Origin: a virus
IMG/VR virus record: IMGVR_UViG_3300018405_000004
Reading direction: 5' to 3' (one strand)
Length of the DNA: 49,225 nucleotides
Shown: positions 42,155 to 49,225 of the stretch, piece after piece
Position numbering within the stretch: the stretch's first letter is position 1
How the letters are laid out: each line of letters opens with the position of its first letter
Program-made: the position numbers and the translations under genes
Notes under the pieces: generated by a model
Told to the model about the DNA's origin: nothing
Seen by the model: only the letters and a program-made list of their open reading frames with translations
Databases searched by the model: none

Positions 42155-42849
42155 TGTGGTCCGTCTGTAGTCGAGTTTCCTGATTCTACCCCACCATGGA
42201 CATGTGTCGACAACTGAATGCCGTTTCCGGTTATCTCTCCGGTTGCGGTAAGTGTACCGCCGAATGTCGCGTTACCAGCATAGCTACCAGAGCCCTGTGT
42301 CAGTTGTCCATTAGCCTCAATAACTGGCGCGTTAAGTGATATTTTGTCGTCAGCATTAACGATGACCGTGTTTCCATTAACCTGGACAACCAGCGGAGAG
42401 ACGATATCAATGCCGTCATTCGCAAACTTCACATACTGACTTGGCTCCGCATTGAGCAAGCCGCCGAGATAGATAGCGTCTGAGTAGTTATGCGTCCTAT
42501 TTGAGTTTGGTAGCGCTTCTTTTTTGGTTTTTTTCACCGAAGTTATATCGCGATCACATATGGCCAGCATGCCAATATCTCCAGCGACAGGGGGCATAAT
42601 CACCGCACTTGCTCCGCGCTGTAGTCGCCATACCGGAACGCCATAGATAACTGAGTTTGGAATCAGATCGCCGTTACCGGCGAACCCCTCAACCATTGGC
42701 TTTACCGCGACAACCTCGCCAGAATCATCAACTGACATAACCAGACCAATAGTGATGAAGTAGTTACCCATCATGAATTTTCGCATCAGGTACTGCATAG
42801 AGTTTGCATCTGTCGATACATCCTCTGGAGTTGTGGTGTAAAGGTTCAT
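42151..42849 (-). CDS. Baseplate spike/hub protein (Mu gp45 / P2 gpV-like)
   Basis: Start [10 protein letters not shown] at 42849, sharing one base with the upstream stop. 232 aa. Confidence 0.55.
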   Translation of the reverse strand: MNLYTTTPEDVSTDANSMQYLMRKFMMGNYFITIGLVMSVDDSGEVVAVKPMVEGFAGNGDLIPNSVIYGVPVWRLQRGASAVIMPPVAGDIGMLAICDRDITSVKKTKKEALPNSNRTHNYSDAIYLGGLLNAEPSQYVKFANDGIDIVSPLVVQVNGNTVIVNADDKISLNAPVIEANGQLTQGSGSYAGNATFGGTLTATGEITGNGIQLSTHVHGGVESGNSTTDGPQ

Positions 42850-43703
42850 CACTGTTTCTCTGTTAATTGTCCGATAGACGCCCATATGACGGTTGTCCAC
42901 GGACCTCCCTCTGTCCAGGAAGAAAGGTGATGGCTCGCAGACTGAACGGTATAAACGCCACTACCGTTAGGGAGTGACGTCTCCAATTGAATCTTCCTTC
43001 CCCTGACTATCAGGTCGCTATAGGTGCACTGAAACGTTATTCCAATCTGGGTAAATGTCGGGTAACCAATAAGACCAGTTTCAGGGCTAATAAGGGGTAT
43101 TTTTTCGTCAATCACCCCATTTATGGGCCAGATGTAAATTGTCTTTATTCTGTAATCTATATTGATTCCGGCTACTTTTGCGCACTCGTTAATCTGCTCT
43201 ATCGGGTCGCCAGTAAAATAAGGATTTTCAATCTGGGATGATACGCCATTATTCACAACGGCATAGTCGATGGACTTTGCGATAGAGATTATTATGTCCG
43301 CAACATTTGCCACGCCTTCAATGGAGAATGGTGGAGTTGCCAGTGAGTGCTCATAGCCAGTAGCAAAAGAGCTTATGATAAGTGGCGCATCTGGCATCTG
43401 GTTGTGGTCAATAAAACATGAGGTAATGGAACCGTAAAAAATAGGCTGGTTGTCAGCCCACACTTTCATGGTGTTCTGTTTTGCTCCGTTTAGCTGAATC
43501 CCTTTGTAGCTGAGCAGCCCCATATTTGCCAGACTTAATCCGTAAATCCTAGCTTCAAGGCTGGTTCCTGATATGCCTCCATACGCCCCCAATTCGATCT
43601 CTGATTTAATGTTATCTATTGTTAAAACATTATTGTCAGGCTCTTCAAAAACCCCCTCCTTAAGGGAGAATTGGAATTTAAGGCTTCGTTTTTTATATGT
43701 CAT
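42849..43703 (-). CDS. Baseplate hub protein candidate (284 aa)
   Basis: Position between the tape-measure-proximal genes and the spike. Confidence 0.45.
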   Translation of the reverse strand: MTYKKRSLKFQFSLKEGVFEEPDNNVLTIDNIKSEIELGAYGGISGTSLEARIYGLSLANMGLLSYKGIQLNGAKQNTMKVWADNQPIFYGSITSCFIDHNQMPDAPLIISSFATGYEHSLATPPFSIEGVANVADIIISIAKSIDYAVVNNGVSSQIENPYFTGDPIEQINECAKVAGINIDYRIKTIYIWPINGVIDEKIPLISPETGLIGYPTFTQIGITFQCTYSDLIVRGRKIQLETSLPNGSGVYTVQSASHHLSSWTEGGPWTTVIWASIGQLTEKQ

Positions 43704-44005
43704 GACGCCATCTCTTTCGCTGTCGCGTAGAACAACTTAAAGCGCGACCCAAGCTCGTCATACACTGGGTCAAGGCTTCCAATCACATCTGCAAAAAACA
43801 AATCTCCTTGAAACTTAAGGTAAGTGTATCGAACTATTTTTGTGCAGTTTAGGCAGAGAATACCCTGAGCAATCCATAAATTATCGATGCCGATATCCAT
43901 AAACAGGCCGGTACTTCTCTGAACAATGCGCAGAGTCACTGCCTGCCCTGCCAGGGTGACATTCACTTCCTGAGATTTAACAGGCTTGAGGGATATGTTT
44001 TGCAT
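43700..44005 (-). CDS. Tail/baseplate protein (101 aa)
   Basis: Coupled ORF (ATGA overlap). Confidence 0.45.
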   Translation of the reverse strand: MQNISLKPVKSQEVNVTLAGQAVTLRIVQRSTGLFMDIGIDNLWIAQGILCLNCTKIVRYTYLKFQGDLFFADVIGSLDPVYDELGSRFKLFYATAKEMAS

Positions 44006-44808
44006 CAGGACAGCCCTTTAACAAGTTCCGTAACCGCTGAAGAAAGACTATCTATGGCTGATTTCGCGGCCCCATTGATGGCATTGGTAACACCTGATGT
44101 AGCATTGCTTACCGCTGTTGACACCGATGTTGCCACTGCTTCACTGGCGCTTGATACAGAATTTTTCAAACCAGTTAGGGCACCTTTAACATCCTCAAGG
44201 GTGGTGTTTGTCGCCGTAGAATTAGCCTGCTGAGTAACAGCATTTGGTGCCTTGCTAGTGGCGTTTGAAGTAGTATCGCTATTTGCCGTGGTGCTGGTAA
44301 GAGTGACTTCCGCTTCCTGCAATACAGCCTGGAAAATCGCTTCCACCGTCAGCAACGTCACATCTCTGTCCGATGTCCGGTAGTTGTATCGAATGAGATC
44401 GTAATCCTCATAGGTCGTATCCGGAGTTTCGATGTCGTAAAGTTCTGTACCAGAAACCATGTCATCAAGGTCGGAAAGCATATCTGACCGGCTGGTTAGC
44501 GTGAAGTTAGTCAGGTTTGGAATGCTGCCGCTATAACCTGTCCATCCCTCAAGAACGAAAAGCACCCTGATTACCGGGGGGCGCTTTACCTTGTTGAATG
44601 AGCTATATGAGCCACCCTCAATAGGCGCTGACACCACGGAAGCATCAGCGCCATATTCGATTCCGAGAAACGACGATGGCGACAGAGCTGCCACGCCGGA
44701 TTTGAGGTAGATTCCATACCCAGGGGACAGCGTGCTATTGATGATCGAGAATATGTTGCCACTACTGATAGCACTCAGCAGGGTTGTTTCGTTTAATGAA
44801 AAAGCCAT
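44005..44808 (-). CDS. Tail protein (267 aa) with a Ser/Thr/Ala-rich C-terminus
   Basis: Immediately downstream of the tape measure gene. Confidence 0.45.
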   Translation of the reverse strand: MAFSLNETTLLSAISSGNIFSIINSTLSPGYGIYLKSGVAALSPSSFLGIEYGADASVVSAPIEGGSYSSFNKVKRPPVIRVLFVLEGWTGYSGSIPNLTNFTLTSRSDMLSDLDDMVSGTELYDIETPDTTYEDYDLIRYNYRTSDRDVTLLTVEAIFQAVLQEAEVTLTSTTANSDTTSNATSKAPNAVTQQANSTATNTTLEDVKGALTGLKNSVSSASEAVATSVSTAVSNATSGVTNAINGAAKSAIDSLSSAVTELVKGLS

Positions 44809-44809
44809 A

Positions 44810-46618
44810 TCAACCCTGCCCTGACATTGCCGGCGTTACCAGGCGATTTCTCTGAACGTTTCTGTTGAGTTCATTTCCTAGCGCATTAGCCGTTGTTGCT
44901 GATGTCTGCATATTGACCTCATTAATGTGAATATCAGTCCTGCTTCCACCACCATTCCCATATGCCGGATTTCTGCTGGCCGAAACTCCTGCTCCCAACT
45001 GAACGCCTGCTAATACTTTTGGTATGTAGTTCAATGTCTCATCAGGAGCATTTTCAATCCCTTTGCGTTTAAGGTTGCCAATACCCCAGTTATAAGCGCC
45101 GAGGGCCATGGAGAGATTTCCTCCTGTGGCCGTCAATAGTTGCTTGAGATATCTGGCAGCGGCTTCTGCCGATTTTGATGGGTCAAAAACATCTGAACCA
45201 GACAGGCCAAGGTCTTTTGCAGTCCCATCCATGAACTGGAACATCCCCTTCGCGCCGGCAGAGGAAATAGCGTACTGATTTCCTCCAGACTCAGTAGTTG
45301 CCACTGACTTAAGCAACCCACTAGGAAGTCCGTATTTCGCCTCAAGCTGTGCAAACTGAGTGGACATAAACCCCAGTAATGCTGCTCCTGCTTTAGTGGC
45401 CTTTGGAGGTGCTACCGGCTGATTACCCGGGATATCCAGAGCAACATCCGGCGTCCCCATTACAGTATTCCCATCCCTTCCGTAATCGGTGTCTATGCCC
45501 ATCTTCCTGAGAGCGTCGCCTACATTTCTTTTTGCATAACTAAGCGACGAGCTTGCACTTGCAGAGATGTTCTCACTATCGTTTGCTGCATAACCAGCAT
45601 AAGCCATAAGGAACATAAGCCATGGTGGGCCTGGTATTTTGGCAATTTTTGCAAATGCAGCGGCTATGCTTGTTAGCCATGAACCAGCAATAAAAATTGC
45701 AACAGCTCCCAGTGCGTTTTGCCACCCACCAACCATGTCAACCAGCTTGTTGACTTCAACTACTGCGTCGGAGAAGAACTTATTAATTTCCGGTCCATGG
45801 CCGGATATCCAGTTCCCTAATTTTTCAAAAAGTGGGATTAGTTTTTCGACGTAGGGGATCAAAGACTCATACAGAACCTGAGATGATGCGGCAAAGTTCT
45901 GTTTGAGGTCTTCTACGCGGCGGTTAAATTCCTGCGCCTTTCTGGTGGCCTCTTCCGTAGCCCTGGACATTTCACGGTAGCGGTCAGCATCACGTAAGAT
46001 GTTTCCGTTGCTCAACCCCTGCTGCGTGGCATTATCAAATCCAAGAAGGCTACCAAACCTGCGCTTGGCATCCTCACTCAGTTTGTTCCAGTTCTGCGCA
46101 ATTTTGCGCATGATGGCTTCTGAGTTGTCTTTGTCAAAATCGAAATTGGCACCGGTAGCAGCACCGAAATTAGCCAGAGCACCAAACAGCGGATCATTCT
46201 CTGCACCACCGGTACGGATGTTGGTCAGGGTGTTCTGGAAAGCCGAAAGTGTGCCAGTAATTTTCTCTGCACTGGAACCAGCAGCGGCAGCTGCGTGTTG
46301 CCAGCCATCCAGTGACTTGGCTGACATGTCCAGCGAGCGTGAACTGATCGCCAGTTGTTGCAGGTTATTCGTCATGTTGGTAACGAACGATTTAAACCCC
46401 TGCACAGAAAGAGTCACGCCTACCAGCGCCAGCAACTCAGTGCGAATTGAGCCAAAGAAAGAGGCCGCTCTTTTACCTGCGGCCTCCATGTCTTTTGCCA
46501 TTTTCTCAGCGTCTTTGCGCTGCTTTTTCATCTCCTCGGAAATTTCTTTACTGTTTTTTTTGAAATTCGAGGAGTCAAGGCCCAGTGTAATAACAAGGGC
46601 ATCTATTACTGTTGACAT
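44810..46618 (-). CDS. Tape measure protein with a C-terminal lytic transglycosylase (SLT) domain
   Basis: 602 aa. TM/coiled regions. ESGGNQYAISSAGAKGMFQF...LGAYNWGIGN. Confidence 0.8.
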   Translation of the reverse strand: MSTVIDALVITLGLDSSNFKKNSKEISEEMKKQRKDAEKMAKDMEAAGKRAASFFGSIRTELLALVGVTLSVQGFKSFVTNMTNNLQQLAISSRSLDMSAKSLDGWQHAAAAAGSSAEKITGTLSAFQNTLTNIRTGGAENDPLFGALANFGAATGANFDFDKDNSEAIMRKIAQNWNKLSEDAKRRFGSLLGFDNATQQGLSNGNILRDADRYREMSRATEEATRKAQEFNRRVEDLKQNFAASSQVLYESLIPYVEKLIPLFEKLGNWISGHGPEINKFFSDAVVEVNKLVDMVGGWQNALGAVAIFIAGSWLTSIAAAFAKIAKIPGPPWLMFLMAYAGYAANDSENISASASSSLSYAKRNVGDALRKMGIDTDYGRDGNTVMGTPDVALDIPGNQPVAPPKATKAGAALLGFMSTQFAQLEAKYGLPSGLLKSVATTESGGNQYAISSAGAKGMFQFMDGTAKDLGLSGSDVFDPSKSAEAAARYLKQLLTATGGNLSMALGAYNWGIGNLKRKGIENAPDETLNYIPKVLAGVQLGAGVSASRNPAYGNGGGSRTDIHINEVNMQTSATTANALGNELNRNVQRNRLVTPAMSGQG

Positions 46619-46854
46619 CAGACACCCTCCTGGGCCTTATTGATAACCATGTTGTTGTAGCTGTCCACGGTAATAACCTCGAGCCACCACCATAAATCCT
46701 CCAGCCCCAAAGACGTGCTTAGCTCTGTCAGAGAGCACTTCCCAGATGACATAACCGTAGCGATTGTTTTTGGGACATTTACGTAATCAGCCAGTCCATG
46801 AACCTGCTGGCCCATTAGTGGAGGAATGTCTAACTGGCGGCGGCGGTTAAAAAA
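46618..46854 (-). CDS. -1 frameshift extension of the tail assembly chaperone (long form about 205 aa)
   Basis: Heptamer T TTT TTA (46848-46854, minus strand) in the zero frame. The -1 frame is open from 46917 to 46618 and runs through the 65-aa track ORF. Confidence 0.65.
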   Translation of the reverse strand, partial: FFNRRRQLDIPPLMGQQVHGLADYVNVPKTIATVMSSGKCSLTELSTSLGLEDLWWWLEVITVDSYNNMVINKAQEGV

Positions 46855-47234
46855 TCTACGTGGAGTTTGAAAACTTCGCTTCTCAGCTTGAGCCGGGTGA
46901 CAACTTCCTCGGTGTCGTCATCAATGAGCGCTCGCTTAATGCTCTGGTTAGCCGGGTCAGGCACTGCCTGCACACACTTCATCAACTCGTCCAGGAGAGG
47001 CCGTGCATCCTCTGGAGGTATCTTAGCCACCATTTCGAAGCCGACCTTTGCCATTCCTGCCATGCCCATATCTGAAAAGTTATCCGGAAGATTAACGCCG
47101 TTCTTAGCCATCGCCAGCCCGGCACGGATTGCCCACCATTCAGCCTGAGAAGCAGCCATTTCCCGAATGAAAAACACTTTTCCCTGGTCACGGCCTTTGT
47201 CCTCGACGGTGTAGTAAATTTCTTTACGAGCCAT
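46830..47234 (-). CDS. Tail assembly chaperone (short form, 134 aa)
   Basis: Lies between the tube and tape measure genes. A slippery site sits near its 3' end. Confidence 0.7.
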   Translation of the reverse strand: MARKEIYYTVEDKGRDQGKVFFIREMAASQAEWWAIRAGLAMAKNGVNLPDNFSDMGMAGMAKVGFEMVAKIPPEDARPLLDELMKCVQAVPDPANQSIKRALIDDDTEEVVTRLKLRSEVFKLHVDFLTAAAS

Positions 47235-47242
47235 GTGATTCC

Positions 47243-47683
47243 TTATGCCTGATAGGCTTCGCCGGTTACGCTTTCCCAGTTAATCTGGAAGGTCATCGCC
47301 TGCAGTACGCGCTGCGCATCTGGAATAGCCTTGACGCGCTGCAGGATGCCGTTAGTCAGCGTGAATTTGCGGCTTATAGCCGGGAGGATAATTGTTGCGT
47401 TGCAGCGGAATACCGCCTTTGAAGTCAGCGAAGTCAGTTGCCATGTTTCGAACAACTCACGAGATGGGCTGTCTGGCATGATGGTGATCGTCTGCAGATA
47501 TTCGCCGAAAACGAAGCCACCTGACAGCTTACCGTCCGCGCCACGGACGGAGACAGCCATTTCAGTATCGCCCAATGCAAACATAGCGTCTGCTGCGTAG
47601 CCTTCCAGCGTCTGAGCGCTTGGGAAAAGGTTGGTGACAGTGAGGGCAAAGATTGAATCAGCGCTTGTAATAGTGTTGGACAT
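47243..47683 (-). CDS. Tail tube protein
   Basis: 146 aa, directly after the sheath gene. Confidence 0.6.
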   Translation of the reverse strand: MSNTITSADSIFALTVTNLFPSAQTLEGYAADAMFALGDTEMAVSVRGADGKLSGGFVFGEYLQTITIMPDSPSRELFETWQLTSLTSKAVFRCNATIILPAISRKFTLTNGILQRVKAIPDAQRVLQAMTFQINWESVTGEAYQA

Positions 47684-49162
47684 TTATTGCACCTCAATGC
47701 TTGCAAGAGTGATTTTCTGGACGCAACCACCATCGCAGTACCACAACGTCATGCTTGGACTGGTGCGCTCCTGACGCTGCGTAGGGGTGGCATCAGCGAT
47801 GTACAGGTAGTAACCCTTGGCAATCAGTGACGGGGAGATGTCAGCGCCTACAGCGTTCTGAATCTCTGAAATCTGAGAGCTGGACAGCGTTACGCCAGTG
47901 CGGATGCCGCCAAAGGTAATACCCTGATTGAGAGTATCGGAGAATGACGCCTCAATGATCGCTTTGCCGCGAGCGTTGTACGGAATGCTGCGGTTGGACT
48001 GGAATAACTCAATGGCATCCTGCATCAGATTGGCATTAAGCCAAATCTGGAAGCAGAAGCTATCCAGCCACTTAAAGTCGCCGGTAATGGTGCCATCGGC
48101 CCAGTAGCGGGTGTCATAGTTGTTTGCTGAATACGCGCCGTAGAAGTTAAAGCCATTTGCAATCAGCGCGTCGTAATCCGCTGAAGTGGTTACCGGGGCA
48201 AGAAGACCTGAGAGCGATCTGAATTTAAACGGCACTCGCCCTTCCTGCCGGTCAAAGTCAAGGGATGCTGCATAACCCAGCACCGCTGCTGCATGACTCT
48301 GCATGCCATAGACAGGGATGGAATTCTGATAGTCGTAAACACTGATAATCTGGTAGGCAATGTTAGTCGTGGAACCAGCCACAACATCATCGGCTGACAT
48401 TGAGAACGGAACATAGCCAAAACGATAGCTCTGCGCGTTAACCCACTGAGAGAACGCCAGCGCTTCAGCATCGGAGGCTTCAAACGATGTCGTGAACAGC
48501 GCCCAGTTCTGGGATGCATTGAGCACGGCCGTCATAGAGTCAGTAACTACAGCGGCATCAGCACCCTGAGAAATCACTGCGCCTGTTGCTGCGGTCAGTT
48601 TCAGGCCTGCAGAAAGCGTCCCGGTCGCATAGGTAATGGTGCTGCCAGCGCCTTCAGTTGCCGAGGTTATGATGAAGGATTTCTTGACCGTATCAAACTC
48701 CACAACCACGCTTGAACCGATACCTGTTTCAATCAGGTCGGCCGCCATAGCAAAACTGGTTGCCGTTGCCAGATTAATACTGGCTGAGGTTACGGCAGTG
48801 CCGTCGACAGTGAGTGTCAGAACGCCAGTCAGCAACTTAAGCTGGTCAAGCGTCACCGACGCCATTGATCCAGACTGGAGCCATGCAGCAGCGTCTTCCG
48901 GATTAAACCGTGACAGCAAAAGTGCGCCCGGCGTCTTTGTTGAGTTGTCGTAGCCCTGAAAATAGATTTCAGCCATGCTGTATTCGACAGAGGCGCTCCC
49001 GAAATAGGCTGCGACATCTTCTTTGGTCGTAAAGGTGAGAACACTACCCACCGGCGCGTAGGCGCTGTCTGTCAGGATGAGTCCATTCAGGTCAAGCGCT
49101 GGACCGCCTGCCGGAAGCACTCCAGGGTTTATTTGTACGTCTTTACGTAATGGGATTGCCAT
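47684..49162 (-). CDS. Contractile tail sheath protein (DUF3383-type)
   Basis: 492 aa. N-terminus [27 protein letters not shown]...YFGS.S.EY..A..YF.G is typical of DUF3383 sheaths. Confidence 0.65.
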   Translation of the reverse strand: MAIPLRKDVQINPGVLPAGGPALDLNGLILTDSAYAPVGSVLTFTTKEDVAAYFGSASVEYSMAEIYFQGYDNSTKTPGALLLSRFNPEDAAAWLQSGSMASVTLDQLKLLTGVLTLTVDGTAVTSASINLATATSFAMAADLIETGIGSSVVVEFDTVKKSFIITSATEGAGSTITYATGTLSAGLKLTAATGAVISQGADAAVVTDSMTAVLNASQNWALFTTSFEASDAEALAFSQWVNAQSYRFGYVPFSMSADDVVAGSTTNIAYQIISVYDYQNSIPVYGMQSHAAAVLGYAASLDFDRQEGRVPFKFRSLSGLLAPVTTSADYDALIANGFNFYGAYSANNYDTRYWADGTITGDFKWLDSFCFQIWLNANLMQDAIELFQSNRSIPYNARGKAIIEASFSDTLNQGITFGGIRTGVTLSSSQISEIQNAVGADISPSLIAKGYYLYIADATPTQRQERTSPSMTLWYCDGGCVQKITLASIEVQ

Positions 49163-49225
49163 TTATGCACTCTCCGGTGGGTATTTTAAATCTGCGGCCA
49201 CTATGCCGACTGTAATGCTGTCCAT

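Overview
This window is a complete, circularly closed genome of about 49.1 kb (bases 1-123 are repeated at 49103-49225). It belongs to a temperate enterobacterial-type phage or prophage that combines a lambda/P22-style regulatory backbone with a contractile-tail virion module. All family assignments come from motif recognition by eye; no database search was run.

Minus strand:
- pR drives cro, nutR, cII, a truncated beta-clamp-like gene, an O-like initiator carrying an inserted T5orf172/GIY-YIG-like domain and an internal ori-like repeat cluster, and a DnaB helicase interrupted by an intein. The nin region (ninB/E/F/G, Lar-like) and Q follow.
- A pR'-type late promoter and terminator come next, then 3 tRNAs (Gly-UCC, Met/Ile-CAU, Thr-UGU) and the lysis genes (holin, SAR-endolysin, Rz/Rz1).
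- The virion genes follow: TerS/TerL, portal, MuF, a scaffold protein carrying an ADP-ribosyltransferase domain, capsid, connectors, sheath, tube, chaperone (-1 frameshift), tape measure and baseplate.
- A P22 immI-like mnt-arc-ant module sits inside the baseplate cluster. The cluster ends with a Gly-rich tail fibre and a beta-helix tailspike.

Plus strand:
- cI is followed by a 2-gene cassette in the rexAB slot.
- pL then drives nutL, an N-like gene, a pentapeptide-repeat protein, terminator-bracketed accessory genes, Erf, SSB, an HNH endonuclease, an Ea22-like gene, a DUF551 gene, xis, int and attP (a tRNA-Arg(UCU) 3' fragment).

Best candidates for new biology:
- the capsid-internal ADP-ribosyltransferase-scaffold fusion
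- the cI-linked two-gene cassette
- the half-size beta-clamp homologue
- a MuF-domain paralogue co-transcribed with mnt
- the tandem-repeat pentapeptide protein
- the class-3-type DnaB intein
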